A DNA stretch of 64,000 nt. Source: an uncultured Acidaminococcus sp. (GTDB lineage Bacteria; Bacillota; Negativicutes; Acidaminococcales; Acidaminococcaceae). The notes under the pieces were generated by a model, which was given only the letters and a program-made list of their open reading frames with translations, ran no database searches and was not told the DNA's origin. This document shows positions 19,657 to 30,469 of this stretch, piece by piece. The position numbers and the translations under genes are program-made. The stretch is taken from the NCBI RefSeq assembly GCF_900538365.1, contig NZ_UPXT01000003.1; one strand, given 5' to 3'. Numbering within the stretch: the stretch's first letter is position 1; each line of letters begins with the position of its first letter.

Positions 19657-21969
19657 ATGGCTAATCTTGTCATTGTAGAATCACCAACAAAATCAAAAAC
19701 TATCGGTCGTTTCTTGGGAAAGAACTATACCGTCAAAGCCTCCATGGGGCACTTGCGGGATCTTCCCAAGAGCCAGTTCGGGGTGGACGTGGATCATGAT
19801 TTTGAGCCTAAGTACATCAACATCCGTGGAAAAGGGGACCTCATCAAAGAACTGAAGACCCTTGCCAAAAAAGCGGACAAGATTTATCTTGCAACGGACC
19901 CTGACCGCGAAGGGGAGGCCATTGCTTGGCATCTGGGCTATCTATTAGGCGTCGATCCAGAAAGTAACTGCCGGATTTCTTTCCATGAAATCACGCCGCA
20001 CGCGGTCAAAGAAGCTATCAAGCATCCGTCTGCCATTGATATGGATAAGGTCGACGCGCAGCAGACGCGTCGTATCCTCGATCGTATCGTCGGTTATAAG
20101 CTATCGCCCCTATTGTGGCGCAAGATTGCTAAAGGTCTATCGGCAGGCCGTGTCCAGTCAGTCGCAGTCAAGATCATTTGCGACCGGCAAAAGGAAATCG
20201 ATGCCTTTGAACCGCAGGAATATTGGACGAGTTCCGTAACCCTGACGGAAGATAAGCCAAGCCAGAAATTTACGGCAGAAGTGACTAAAAAAGAGGGCAA
20301 AAAACTTGTTATCCATAACGAAGAGGAAGCCCGGATCGTGACCAAGGAACTGCTGAACCAGCCCTATGCTGTTGTTTCTTCGACTGTAAAAGATCGGATC
20401 CGCCGCCCTGTAGCCCCCTTTACAACAAGTTCCCTTCAGCAGGAAGCGGTCAAACGGCTTAATTTTACAACGAAAAAGACCATGATGCTGGCCCAGCAGC
20501 TTTATGAAGGCATTACTCTTGAAAAAAGGACCCCTGTCGGCCTCATTACCTATATGCGCACGGACTCCGTCCATCTGGCCAGCGTTGCTGTCACGGAAAT
20601 CCGCGATTATATCAGCAGCGCCTATGGTGATGCCTACCTGCCGAAAAAGGCAACTGTGTACAGCAGCCGGAAGAACGCCCAGGAGGCCCATGAAGCCATC
20701 CGTCCGACCTCGGTCATGCGTACCCCCGATGAGGTTGCACCTTATCTTGAACGGGACCAGCTGCGGCTTTACCGCCTGATTTGGGAACGGACCGTTTCCT
20801 GCCAAATGGCACCAAGCGTCAGTGAGGTCACGACCCTAACCATCAGCGGCGGTCCTTACGAACTGCGCGCTTCTGGTTCTGTTGTCAAATTTGACGGGTT
20901 CCTGACCTTGATGGATAAAAAGGAACTTGCTGGGGAAAAGACGAAGAAGGTTCCCCATCTCAAGGAAGGTACACCCCTCACACTTCTTTCCGTTGATGAC
21001 GCCATCCAGCATTTTACGGAACCGCCAGCCTATTTCACGGAAGCGACTTTGGTCAAGGAACTGGAAGAAAAGGGGATTGGACGGCCAAGTACTTATGCCA
21101 CTATTATCCAAACCATTCTTTCCCGCGGTTATGTGGCAAAGGAAGCAAAAAAAGTCATGCCGACAGAACTGGGGATGACGACCATCGATCTTTTGACCCA
21201 ATATTTTCCTAACCTCATCGATGTTCCTTTTTCTGCCCATATGGAAAGTGAACTGGATGCCATCAGTGAACACAAGACCAAAAAGGAAACTGTCCTCAAG
21301 GAGTTCTATGGGCCCTTTGAAAAGGAACTGGAAATTGCCGACCGTGAGATTCCTGTAAAACCGCAGGAAGTTATTGTAAGTGATGTGAAATGCGAGAAAT
21401 GCGGACGTATGATGGTCGTAAAAACAGGGCGTCATGGGAAGTTCCTTGCCTGCCCAGGATTTCCGGAATGCCGCAATACGAAACCGTATTATGAAAAGAT
21501 TGGCGTCGCCTGCCCGCTCTGCGGTCATGACCTGATTGTCAGAAAGACCAAGACTGGACGGACCTTTTATGGCTGTTCCCATTATCCGGAATGTCATTTT
21601 ACAAGCTGGGACAAACCCATCAACGAAACATGTCCCCTTTGCGGTCATATCATGCTGGAAGCGGTCCAGCGCGGTGGTAAGGTCGTACACCACTGCAGCA
21701 ATCCTGAGTGTCCCAACAGCGGCACCAAAAAAAGCGGGCCAAAAAAAGTCAGTGCCAAGGCCGCTTCTGTAAAAACAGAAGGAAGTACCGAAAAAACGGT
21801 GAAAAAAGCGGCTGCCAAAAAAACCACGGCAAAAAAGACTGCTGTTAGGAAAACCGCGGCGGCTAAAACGATAGGAACCAAGAAAACGGCTGCGGCAAAC
21901 AAGATAGCTTCTGCCAAGAAATCCGCTTCCACTAAAAAGACTGCCGTGAAGAAAATGGGAAAGGAATGA
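19657..21969 (+). CDS. topA: DNA topoisomerase I with lysine-rich C-terminal tail
   Basis: Toprim and topo IA core, three C4 zinc ribbons (CEKCG, CPLCGH, CPLCGH), then a roughly 90-aa KKTAxKKT repeat tail. Confidence 0.9.
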   Translation: MANLVIVESPTKSKTIGRFLGKNYTVKASMGHLRDLPKSQFGVDVDHDFEPKYINIRGKGDLIKELKTLAKKADKIYLATDPDREGEAIAWHLGYLLGVDPESNCRISFHEITPHAVKEAIKHPSAIDMDKVDAQQTRRILDRIVGYKLSPLLWRKIAKGLSAGRVQSVAVKIICDRQKEIDAFEPQEYWTSSVTLTEDKPSQKFTAEVTKKEGKKLVIHNEEEARIVTKELLNQPYAVVSSTVKDRIRRPVAPFTTSSLQQEAVKRLNFTTKKTMMLAQQLYEGITLEKRTPVGLITYMRTDSVHLASVAVTEIRDYISSAYGDAYLPKKATVYSSRKNAQEAHEAIRPTSVMRTPDEVAPYLERDQLRLYRLIWERTVSCQMAPSVSEVTTLTISGGPYELRASGSVVKFDGFLTLMDKKELAGEKTKKVPHLKEGTPLTLLSVDDAIQHFTEPPAYFTEATLVKELEEKGIGRPSTYATIIQTILSRGYVAKEAKKVMPTELGMTTIDLLTQYFPNLIDVPFSAHMESELDAISEHKTKKETVLKEFYGPFEKELEIADREIPVKPQEVIVSDVKCEKCGRMMVVKTGRHGKFLACPGFPECRNTKPYYEKIGVACPLCGHDLIVRKTKTGRTFYGCSHYPECHFTSWDKPINETCPLCGHIMLEAVQRGGKVVHHCSNPECPNSGTKKSGPKKVSAKAASVKTEGSTEKTVKKAAAKKTTAKKTAVRKTAAAKTIGTKKTAAANKIASAKKSASTKKTAVKKMGKE

Positions 21970-23294
21970 AAGAAACTATGACTGTTCATGTGATCGGTGC
22001 GGGCCTTGCAGGCAGTGAGGCCACTTGGCAGCTTGTATCGCGGGGAATTCCTGTCAGACTGCACGAAATGCGCCCCCAAAAATCAGATCCAGCCCACCAT
22101 ACCGCGTATTACAGTGAGCTTGTTTGCAGCAATTCCCTACGGGCCGATAACATTGAAAATGCCGTTGGCCTATTAAAGGAGGAAATGCGGCGATTGGACT
22201 CCCTCATCATGGCCCAAGCTGATGCGCACAGGGTCCCTGCTGGCGGCGCCTTGGCTGTCGACCGTATGGGCTTTGCCCAAGCCGTAACGGAAGCCATCAG
22301 GAACCATCCGCTGGTGACTGTCATTGAAGAGGAGACTGTCGACCTTTCCTTTCCGGAAGAAGATTATGTCATTGTGGCGACTGGCCCTCTTACGAGTGAG
22401 ACTTTATCTGGCGCAATCCAGGATCTTGTCTCTCAGGATTACTTCCACTTCTTTGACGCGGCTGCTCCTATTGTGACCCTGGAATCAATCAACAAGGAAA
22501 TTGCCTATAAGGCATCCCGTTATGGAAAAGGGGAGGCAGCCTATTACAACTGTCCCTTGACCAAAGAGGAATACATGCGGTTCTGGGAGGCCCTGTGCAC
22601 CGCTGAAGTGGCCGATGTGAAGGACTTTGAACATGGAATGGTCTTTGAAGGCTGCATGCCGATTGAAGAAATGGCTGTTCGCGGTGAAGATACCATGCGG
22701 TTTGGTCCCTTGAAACCGGTTGGACTGCCCGATCCCCGAACGGGGGAAGATCCCTATGCCGTTGTCCAGCTCCGTCAGGATAATGGGGCAGGGAGCCTTT
22801 TTAACATTGTTGGCTTCCAAACGCATTTGCGCTGGCCTGAGCAAAAACGGGTCTTCCGGATGATTCCCGGTCTTGAAGAGGCAGAATTTGTTCGCTATGG
22901 TGTGATGCATAAAAATTCCTACCTCAATTCGCCGCTTCTCCTCGATGCCGATTACAGCCTGCGGAGTCACCCTCATCTTTATTTTGCCGGTCAGATGACG
23001 GGAGTGGAAGGGTATGTGGAATCGGCGGCCTCCGGTCTTGCCGCAGGAATCTACCTTTCCCGGGCTCTTTCTGGAAAGGAAAAACTTCTTTTCCCCAAGG
23101 AAACCGCCATTGGCGCCCTGTCTCACTACATCAGCAATCCCGAAGTCAAGCATTTTCAGCCCATGAATATTAATTTTGGACTCATTGCCCCGTGGGATGG
23201 TCCGCGTATCCGTGGTAAAAAGGAGAAGAATCACGCCATTGCGATGCGGGCATTGGATATTTTGGAAAATTATAAAAATTTGTTGCACAATTAA
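21966..23294 (+). CDS. trmFO: Methylenetetrahydrofolate--tRNA-(uracil-5-)-methyltransferase TrmFO
   Basis: [22 protein letters not shown]-binding N-terminus, position downstream of topA. The start is 21966 or 21978. Confidence 0.9.
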   Translation: MKETMTVHVIGAGLAGSEATWQLVSRGIPVRLHEMRPQKSDPAHHTAYYSELVCSNSLRADNIENAVGLLKEEMRRLDSLIMAQADAHRVPAGGALAVDRMGFAQAVTEAIRNHPLVTVIEEETVDLSFPEEDYVIVATGPLTSETLSGAIQDLVSQDYFHFFDAAAPIVTLESINKEIAYKASRYGKGEAAYYNCPLTKEEYMRFWEALCTAEVADVKDFEHGMVFEGCMPIEEMAVRGEDTMRFGPLKPVGLPDPRTGEDPYAVVQLRQDNGAGSLFNIVGFQTHLRWPEQKRVFRMIPGLEEAEFVRYGVMHKNSYLNSPLLLDADYSLRSHPHLYFAGQMTGVEGYVESAASGLAAGIYLSRALSGKEKLLFPKETAIGALSHYISNPEVKHFQPMNINFGLIAPWDGPRIRGKKEKNHAIAMRALDILENYKNLLHN

Positions 23295-23361
23295 CTTATA
23301 TGTGCTAGTATGAATTATCAGGATTTTACCTACAATTTCATGAATGGGGGAGGTGCTTGCC

Positions 23362-24270
23362 ATGAATGATGTACTGGACCCAATGGCAGAGCGTTTTCTT
23401 CGTTATTTGCGTGTGGAACGCAATGATTCCCCCAATACGATCCTGAACTACAAAGATGACCTGTCTGCTTTTTCAGCGTTTTTGTCAGGCCGGGGAAAAG
23501 CCACTTGGCTTGAGGTATCCCTTCTTGATATCCGTTCGTATCTTGCTAAACTTCATCGGGAGGAAAAAGCGAGACGGACCATTGCCCGTCGTATTTCTTC
23601 CCTGCGGTCCTTTTATCGGTACCTGATGCGGGAAGGCCTTACGGACAAGAATCCTTTTACTAAGGTCAAGACCCCAAAACTCGAAAAAAAGCTGCCTGTT
23701 TTTTTAGAAGAGTTCGAAATGAATCATCTCTTGGAACTGCCTGATCTTTCTACGGAACTAGGTCAGCGGGACCGGGCACTTCTGGAATTCCTTTACTCAA
23801 CAGGCTGCCGTGTGTCAGAACTTGTGGGACTGACTTTGACCCGTGTGGACCTATCCAATCGCTATGCCCTTCTTTTGGGGAAAGGCCGCAAGGAACGGAT
23901 TGTTCCTTTAGGTCATCCTTGTGTTAGGGCCATGAACGATTATTTGACGGGAGCCCGGCGCACACTTATGGAAAAGTATGAAGTACCGTCCCATGACTTC
24001 ATCTTTGTCAATCATCGGGGTACGCCCCTTACAGCGCGCAGTGTGAGACGTATCCTTGATCGCTATGTGGAGATGGCGTCCATCCAAAAACACGTCAGCC
24101 CCCATACGATCCGGCATACTTTTGCCACACATCTACTCGATCACGGAGCGGATCTGCGCTCCGTTCAAGAACTGCTTGGGCACGCAAGTTTATCAACAAC
24201 GCAGATTTACACGCATGTCACGGCAGACCGAATTGCATCGGTGTATAAGAAACATCATCCAAGAGCGTAA
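23362..24270 (+). CDS. xerC: Tyrosine recombinase XerC (CodV-like)
   Basis: Phage-integrase family with C-terminal ...HTIRHTFATHLL...LGHASLSTTQIYTH. Located between trmFO and codY, as codV is in Bacillus. Confidence 0.85.
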   Translation: MNDVLDPMAERFLRYLRVERNDSPNTILNYKDDLSAFSAFLSGRGKATWLEVSLLDIRSYLAKLHREEKARRTIARRISSLRSFYRYLMREGLTDKNPFTKVKTPKLEKKLPVFLEEFEMNHLLELPDLSTELGQRDRALLEFLYSTGCRVSELVGLTLTRVDLSNRYALLLGKGRKERIVPLGHPCVRAMNDYLTGARRTLMEKYEVPSHDFIFVNHRGTPLTARSVRRILDRYVEMASIQKHVSPHTIRHTFATHLLDHGADLRSVQELLGHASLSTTQIYTHVTADRIASVYKKHHPRA

Positions 24271-24284
24271 TGGGAGGAGACAGC

Positions 24285-25061
24285 ATGCTGGCATTATTAG
24301 AAAAGACAAGAATGATCAACAAGCTTCTGCAGAATACGGAAGTCATCAGCTACAAAAAGATGGCCGAAGTCCTCAAGGACGTCATCAAGGCCAATATCTA
24401 CATTGTTTCCAGTGAAGGTGAACTGCTTGGCTATTCAATCCTTGATGGATTTGAATGTGAACTTATGATCAAGAAGGTCCTTGATGTTGGCCGGTTCCCT
24501 GAAAACTATGTAAAATGGCTGGAACAGATCCGTGAGACCTCTTCCAACTACCGACTGGTCAAGAATATGTGTGCTTTCAGCGATGATACGAAATGTCTTT
24601 TTGAAAGCAAATATACAACGGTTGTCCCCATCTTTGGGAATGGTGTCCGTCTGGGGACGCTGATTCTCGGAAAATTCAAGAAGGAATTCATTGATTCCGA
24701 TTTGCTCCTGTCAGAATATGCAGCCACTGTAATCGGCATGCAGCTGCTCCATGACAAGGCTGTACACATTGAGGAAGCCTCTCGTAAGAAGGCCATGGTC
24801 CAGATTGCTTTCTCGAATCTATCCTACAGTGAACTGGAAGCCATCTCTGAAATCCTGAAGGCTCTGCCGGGGGATGAAGGTCTTCTGGTGGCCAGTAAGA
24901 TTGCCGACCAGGCGGGTATTACGCGCAGCGTCATCGTGAATGCCCTGCGTAAGTTTGAAAGCGCAGGCGTCCTCGAGACCGAATCCCTGGGGATGAAAGG
25001 GACCTACGTCCGTATCCTCAACGAATACCTGCGGGATGGTCTTAAAGAACATCGAAAATAA
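24285..25061 (+). CDS. codY: GTP-sensing transcriptional pleiotropic repressor CodY
   Basis: GAF domain plus C-terminal wHTH (ASKIADQAGITRSVIVNALRKFESAGV). Confidence 0.9.
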   Translation: MLALLEKTRMINKLLQNTEVISYKKMAEVLKDVIKANIYIVSSEGELLGYSILDGFECELMIKKVLDVGRFPENYVKWLEQIRETSSNYRLVKNMCAFSDDTKCLFESKYTTVVPIFGNGVRLGTLILGKFKKEFIDSDLLLSEYAATVIGMQLLHDKAVHIEEASRKKAMVQIAFSNLSYSELEAISEILKALPGDEGLLVASKIADQAGITRSVIVNALRKFESAGVLETESLGMKGTYVRILNEYLRDGLKEHRK

Positions 25062-25065
25062 TTTG

Positions 25066-25106
25066 GATCAAGGGTGCTGGTCTAGTCGGCACCCTTGATT
25101 TGTATC
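25066..25106 (+). terminator. Rho-independent terminator after codY
   Basis: caagggtgc-(loop)-gcacccttg followed by a T-rich run. Confidence 0.7.
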
Positions 25107-25169
25107 TTGAAAGGCAGCAGACAGTTTTGCGTCACGCTTCCTTATGTTGTTTCAGAAAGGAATATCATC

Positions 25170-25823
25170 ATGCTTTCCCTTGATGCAACCATTATCTACC
25201 GCATTCCGGCCCTCCTCATGGCCCTTACGGTTCACGAATATGCCCATGGTGCCATGAGCACGCATTTGGGTGACCCAACCCCTGGCGCACAGGGGCGCCT
25301 CACGATGAATCCTTTGGCCCACTTGGATATCATCGGGACCTTGGTCCTGCTCCTTGTCGGCTTTGGCTGGGCAAAACCGGTCGTGGTCGATTCCCGGTAT
25401 TACCGGAACCCGCGACGTGACATGATGAAGGTGGCCCTTGCCGGACCCGTAGCCAATTTATTTCTTTGTTTCCTGGCAATTTTATTGGATGGACTTTTCC
25501 TGCGTTATTTTGCCTCCCGAACATTTTACAGTGTCCATTTTTTCCTGCAGTGGCTTAGCCTGTACAATGTTTGGTTTGCCTTCTTTAATTTGGTGCCCAT
25601 CCCACCTTTGGATGGATTCAAGGTCCTGAGCTATTTCTTATCGCCCAGTGTGCAATATCGCTATGCCAATCTTGTTGGGCCTTATTCTAACCTTATCTTG
25701 ATTGTCCTGTGTTTTACAGGTATAATTGGAATCATCATCAGTCCTCTTGCAACGCTTTATCTTCGTTTGGCCAGTGAGGTCAGCTATCTTCTGCTGATAC
25801 CCTTTGCCTTTTTCCTGCCATAA
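25170..25823 (+). CDS. Site-2 protease family (M50) zinc metalloprotease, short form
   Basis: HEYAHG (HExxH) within a TM helix, second ligand region (LNLVPIPPLDG), about 217 aa. Confidence 0.75.
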   Translation: MLSLDATIIYRIPALLMALTVHEYAHGAMSTHLGDPTPGAQGRLTMNPLAHLDIIGTLVLLLVGFGWAKPVVVDSRYYRNPRRDMMKVALAGPVANLFLCFLAILLDGLFLRYFASRTFYSVHFFLQWLSLYNVWFAFFNLVPIPPLDGFKVLSYFLSPSVQYRYANLVGPYSNLILIVLCFTGIIGIIISPLATLYLRLASEVSYLLLIPFAFFLP

Positions 25824-25873
25824 GGGAAGGCGGCTTTGCGTTACGGGGGACAGCTTGTGAGGGATTGCGTTTT

Positions 25874-26623
25874 ATGTCGGAAACCTTGACCGTCAAACTG
25901 CCTGATTTTGAAGGACCGCTGGACCTGCTTGTCCATCTCATAGAAAAAGATAAAGTCGACATCTATGATATTCCCATCGTATCCATTACGCAGCAGTATA
26001 TCGCCTACATCAATGAAATGCAGGTTTATGACCTTGATATGGCAAGTGAGTTTCTCCTCATTGCAGCGATGCTGCTCCAAATCAAATCCCGTATGCTCCT
26101 GCCAAAGGATGATGCAGAGGAGGAAGAGGAGAACGATCCACGGAACATGCTCGTGGAAATGCTTGTCCTCTACCAAAAGTTCAAGAAAAGGGCTGGACTC
26201 CTTAGGGAATGCCTTATGGAATCCCGCCTTTTTGCTGTTCGCGCGCCTATGAAGCTGGATACAGGGACCCGAAAGATCAAGTCCTACACCATGGCCGATC
26301 TGCTGCGCACCCTGATTAACATGATTCCTGCTCCGGATGAGCGTCCGGCCGTTATTCCGCGACAGGAGTTCCATGTCCAGGACAAGATGGAAGAAGTCCT
26401 CCAGCTGTTGAGAAAAAAGCAAAATAATAACCAGAAGCTGGCTTTTACGGACTTTATCCATTCAAGACATAATCGGAGTGAAACCATTGCAGCCTTTTTG
26501 GCTTTATTGGAACTGCTGCGCCTAAAGCAGATTTCCATTCAGCAGGAGGGCGCTTTTTCTCCCATTTATATTACAGAACGAAAGGAGACCGCTCATGGCG
26601 ATATCGAAACTGGGACAGCTTGA
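25874..26623 (+). CDS. scpA: Segregation and condensation protein A
   Basis: MSETLTVKLPDFEGPLDLLVHLIEKDKVDIYDIPI is a canonical ScpA N-terminus. Confidence 0.9.
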   Translation: MSETLTVKLPDFEGPLDLLVHLIEKDKVDIYDIPIVSITQQYIAYINEMQVYDLDMASEFLLIAAMLLQIKSRMLLPKDDAEEEEENDPRNMLVEMLVLYQKFKKRAGLLRECLMESRLFAVRAPMKLDTGTRKIKSYTMADLLRTLINMIPAPDERPAVIPRQEFHVQDKMEEVLQLLRKKQNNNQKLAFTDFIHSRHNRSETIAAFLALLELLRLKQISIQQEGAFSPIYITERKETAHGDIETGTA

Positions 26624-27206
26624 AGCCCTGCTTTTCGCCGCTGGTGATCCTCTATCCCTTGACCGGATAGCCAGTGCGCTCCATCTTTCACTGGAAGAAG
26701 CTGATGACCTGTTGAGCCTGCTTTCAAAGTCCTATCAGGAGGAAGATCGGGGCCTTACCCTAAGGCGGGTCGCCGGGGGTGTGCAGGCGGTCACCAAAAA
26801 AGAGGCCATAGGTGTGATTCGAGATCTTTATGAAAAGCAGGAACAGAAGATTTCGAATGCGGCCATGGAAACCCTCGCCATTGTGGCCTATAAACAGCCA
26901 GTTACAAAAAGTGAGATAGAAGCCATTCGTGGGGTCAAGGTCGATGGGGTCGTAAGTACCTTAACGGAAATGGAACTCATTATGGAAGTTGGCCGCAAGG
27001 AAGTCATGGGGCGGCCTATTTTATATGGCACGACAGAAAAGTTTCTTGTGACCTTTGGCCTTGAATCCCTCTCCGCGTTGCCAGAGCTGCCCGAAGAACT
27101 TCTGGACGGAGCCTTTGAAGGGCAGGAGACTGCTGACATAGGAAGAGATAAAGAATCAGTGCATGAGGAAGGAGTACCCAGTCTGGAAGGGACGGGGCAT
27201 GAATAA
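26595..27206 (+). CDS. scpB: Segregation and condensation protein B
   Basis: LEALLFAAGDPLSLDRIA... tandem wHTH. Overlaps the scpA 3' end. Confidence 0.9.
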   Translation: MAISKLGQLEALLFAAGDPLSLDRIASALHLSLEEADDLLSLLSKSYQEEDRGLTLRRVAGGVQAVTKKEAIGVIRDLYEKQEQKISNAAMETLAIVAYKQPVTKSEIEAIRGVKVDGVVSTLTEMELIMEVGRKEVMGRPILYGTTEKFLVTFGLESLSALPELPEELLDGAFEGQETADIGRDKESVHEEGVPSLEGTGHE

Positions 27207-27947
27207 ATGACGGAAGTACAAGTGGAACGGCTGCAGAAGGTGATGGCAGCCTCTGGCGTTGCAAGCCGCCGGGAATGTGAAAAGATCATCCTGCAAGGAC
27301 GGGTATCCGTAAATGGTAGCCCCGTATTGGAACTGGGGACAAGGGTTTCTCCTACGGACAGGATCCTCATTGACGGGCGTCCCTTGCGTAAGGAAAGGCA
27401 CCGTTATTTTCTGCTCAATAAACCGCCTGCTGTCATGACAACCATGAAGGACCCGAGAGGCCGCAGGACGGTTGCCGAACTGATGGAAAAAGAGCGTGAA
27501 CGCATCTATCCCGTGGGCCGTTTAGATTTTATGACGGAGGGCCTTCTCATCATGACGAATGATGGAGCTTTGGCCCAGGGGATGACCCATCCCAGTTATC
27601 ATATCAATAAGACCTATGAAGTCGTTGTAGACGGGCACGTTGAAGAAGAAAAGCTGGACCGGCTGAGGGCGGGAATCCGTCTGCGTGATGGGATGACAGC
27701 CCCTGCCCTCGTTGAAGTCAAGCGCTATGATTCCCGGCATGATCAGTCAATTTTTGAAGTGACCATTCACGAAGGACGCAACCGCCAAGTACGGCGTATG
27801 TGCGAAGCCATTGGCTATCCTGTGAGGAAGCTCAAACGGACCCAGGTCGCATTCCTTTCCTTGCAGGGTGTCAAAAAAGGGGCCTATCGTGAATTGACAG
27901 AAGAAGAAGTCCTGCATTTGAAGAAACTGGTGATGCATCATGAATAA
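27207..27947 (+). CDS. rluB: rRNA pseudouridine synthase (RluB/RsuA family)
   Basis: S4 domain plus pseudouridine synthase core (RLDFMTEGLLIMTNDG). Confidence 0.85.
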   Translation: MTEVQVERLQKVMAASGVASRRECEKIILQGRVSVNGSPVLELGTRVSPTDRILIDGRPLRKERHRYFLLNKPPAVMTTMKDPRGRRTVAELMEKERERIYPVGRLDFMTEGLLIMTNDGALAQGMTHPSYHINKTYEVVVDGHVEEEKLDRLRAGIRLRDGMTAPALVEVKRYDSRHDQSIFEVTIHEGRNRQVRRMCEAIGYPVRKLKRTQVAFLSLQGVKKGAYRELTEEEVLHLKKLVMHHE

Positions 27948-29184
27948 GGTCATTGTCATTGGCGGCGGGGCAGCGGGTCTTTTAGCCGCAATCTCCGCAG
28001 CCCAGATGGGAGCCGACGTGACCATCCTGGAGCGGATGGAAAGGGCTGGACGAAAGCTCATGATCACGGGAAAGGGACGCTGCAACATCACCAATCACTG
28101 CACGATGGATGAGATGATTGCCCATATCCCTGGTAATGGCAAGTTTCTTTTCGGTGCCTTTCATCGCTTTACCAATGAAGATATGATTGCCCTTTTGGAA
28201 AGCCATGGATTAAAGACCAAAGTGGAGCGGGGAGGCCGCGTCTTTCCCCAAAGCGATAAAGCCGCCGATGTGGTCCGGACCCTGGAAGGAATCCTTTATG
28301 GGCTGGGCGGAAAAATCCTCTTCCACCGCCGGATTACACGGCTGATCTGTCAAGACGGCAAGGTGAGGGCCGTCTATGATACGGATGGCCGTTCCTATGA
28401 AGCCGATGCTTTTATCCTTGCTGCAGGGGGCGCTTCCTATCCGCGGACCGGATCAACCGGTGACGGCTATGACCTTGCTCGGCAGGCCGGCCACACCATT
28501 ATTGCGCCAAGTCCTGCGTTAGTTCCCCTAACTTGCGACCTCGGGGACATGAAGGCCCTTCAAGGTCTGTCCCTGCGCAATGTTGAAGCTTCCCTTTGGG
28601 ACAAAGGAAAACAAGTGGGGAAGGAATTTGGCGAAATGCTCTTTACCCATTTTGGGGTCAGCGGACCCATTATTCTCACCCTTTCCCGAGACGCGGCGCG
28701 TTATTTCAAGTCCCATCCCCAAGGCTTTTTGGATCTTTCCATCGATTTCAAGCCTGCCCTTACCCGGGACCAGCTTGATGCACGGCTGCAGCGGGATTTT
28801 CAGAAATACAGCCGCAAAGCCCTCAAAGCGGGCATGCATGACTTGCTGCCCCAGGCCCTTATCCCCTTTGTCATAGAAGAGGCCTGTCTGACTCCTGAGC
28901 AGCCTGTCAATCAACTGACACGCAAGGAACGCCTTCGTCTTGCTGATGTCCTCAAGAACTTTCCCCTTCCCGTTACGGGGACGCGCCCTCTTGAAGAAGC
29001 CATCGTTACAAGCGGCGGCGTAAGCATCAAGGAAATTTCACCGTCGACCTTTGCTTCCAAGCTTTACCCAAATCTCTTTTTTGCGGGTGAAGTCATGGAT
29101 GTAGATGGCTATACAGGCGGCTACAATCTGCAGGCTGCCTTTTCCTCCGGTTATGTGGCAGGAAAAGAAGCAGCTGAACTTTGA
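27940..29184 (+). CDS. HI0933/BaiN-like FAD-dependent oxidoreductase
   Basis: VIVIGGGAAGLLAAISAA Rossmann start, 414 aa HI0933-like architecture. Confidence 0.75.
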   Translation: MNKVIVIGGGAAGLLAAISAAQMGADVTILERMERAGRKLMITGKGRCNITNHCTMDEMIAHIPGNGKFLFGAFHRFTNEDMIALLESHGLKTKVERGGRVFPQSDKAADVVRTLEGILYGLGGKILFHRRITRLICQDGKVRAVYDTDGRSYEADAFILAAGGASYPRTGSTGDGYDLARQAGHTIIAPSPALVPLTCDLGDMKALQGLSLRNVEASLWDKGKQVGKEFGEMLFTHFGVSGPIILTLSRDAARYFKSHPQGFLDLSIDFKPALTRDQLDARLQRDFQKYSRKALKAGMHDLLPQALIPFVIEEACLTPEQPVNQLTRKERLRLADVLKNFPLPVTGTRPLEEAIVTSGGVSIKEISPSTFASKLYPNLFFAGEVMDVDGYTGGYNLQAAFSSGYVAGKEAAEL

Positions 29185-29198
29185 AAAGAGGAATGACA

Positions 29199-29864
29199 TT
29201 GAAAAAAATCATCATTGCTATAGATGGCCCTGCTGGAGCGGGGAAAAGCACGATTGCCAGGAAAGTTGCTGCCAGACTTGGTTATGCCTATATCGATACA
29301 GGGGCTATGTATCGCGCCGTGACCCTTTCCTGCCTAATGGCCGGATTTTCTCTTACAGAAGCGGCAGCTGACCAAATGGCTCAGCATATCAAGATTTCTT
29401 TCAGTTATGAAGATGGCCGAAATAAGGTCTATCTCAATGATAAAGAAGTCACTGATGCCATTCGTAGCCTTGACGTTTCCCAGAATGTTTCGCGCGTCAG
29501 TGCCTATGGCGGCGTTCGCAAAGCGATGGTTGCTCAGCAGCGGGAGATGGGAAAGGCCGGTGGGATTGTTATGGATGGACGTGATATTGGCACTGTCGTC
29601 TTCCCTCAGGCCCAGCTTAAGATCTTTTTGACGGCTTCCGTGGAAGAACGGGCTCGCCGGCGCTTTGAGGAAATCAAGGAAAAAGGAGAGATTGTTTCTT
29701 TGGACGACCTTAAAAAGAGAATCATTGAGCGGGATCGTTTGGACGAGACAAGGGCGATTTCTCCCCTTAAAAAGGCAAAGGACGCAGTGCTTATCGATTC
29801 TACACAGATGTCCATCGAGGATGTCACGGAAACAATCCTGTCCTTGGCCCAAAAGGAGAGATGA
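29199..29864 (+). CDS. cmk: Cytidylate kinase
   Basis: KKIIIAIDGPAGAGKSTIARKVAARLGYAYIDTGAMYR. The likely start is TTG at 29199, 6 nt after AGAGGA. The ORF is open from 29181. Confidence 0.9.
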   Translation: MKKIIIAIDGPAGAGKSTIARKVAARLGYAYIDTGAMYRAVTLSCLMAGFSLTEAAADQMAQHIKISFSYEDGRNKVYLNDKEVTDAIRSLDVSQNVSRVSAYGGVRKAMVAQQREMGKAGGIVMDGRDIGTVVFPQAQLKIFLTASVEERARRRFEEIKEKGEIVSLDDLKKRIIERDRLDETRAISPLKKAKDAVLIDSTQMSIEDVTETILSLAQKER

Positions 29865-29869
29865 AGCTC

Positions 29870-30466
29870 ATGTGGTACCGATTTGTACAGCTGCTTTTTA
29901 GGGTGCTGTTTTCCTTCCTTTTCCGTCTAGAGACCATTGGCCGGGAAAACATCCCCCACGAAGGGCCTGTTGTCATCGCCTCAAATCATGTCAGCCTCTT
30001 GGATCCACCCATGATTGGGACGGCGGCTTCTAGGCCCATTCACTTTATGGCCAAATCCGAACTTTTTGTTCCTGTCTTAGGAAGGATTTACCGCTCTTTA
30101 GGCGCTTTCCCGGTCCACCGCGGGGCCGCTGACACCCACGCCATACGCCACGCTTTGAAGCTTCTCAAAGAGCATAAGGTCCTTGGCATTTTTCCGGAAG
30201 GACACAGGATCCGGACGGGAAAGCTTGGAAAAGCAGAACCTGGTGCCATGGCCATTGCCATCAAGGGGAAGGCACAAGTGGTCCCAACAGCTATCCTGGG
30301 ATCCAACCTGGGAGCACAAAAAGGCTTCTGGCCCCATATCAAAGTTGTTTTTGGTCAACCTATTTCTGTTTTTGGGGCTGAAGGCGGTAAAAAAGATACG
30401 GAAGCCTTTACCGAGGAACTGATGGGTGAAATTGCCCGTCTCATCAAGGAAAATGGGGGCGTTTGA
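29870..30466 (+). CDS. plsC: 1-acyl-sn-glycerol-3-phosphate acyltransferase
   Basis: NHVSLLDPP (HxxxxD) acyltransferase motif and FPEGHR motif. Confidence 0.85.
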   Translation: MWYRFVQLLFRVLFSFLFRLETIGRENIPHEGPVVIASNHVSLLDPPMIGTAASRPIHFMAKSELFVPVLGRIYRSLGAFPVHRGAADTHAIRHALKLLKEHKVLGIFPEGHRIRTGKLGKAEPGAMAIAIKGKAQVVPTAILGSNLGAQKGFWPHIKVVFGQPISVFGAEGGKKDTEAFTEELMGEIARLIKENGGV

Positions 30467-30469
30467 GCC

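Noticed and set aside
21700-21969. DNA-level tandem repeat or CRISPR-like array in the topA 3' end
   Set aside because: The repeats are imperfect, in-frame and lack any spacer structure. They encode the lysine-rich protein tail and are not a CRISPR or mobile repeat.
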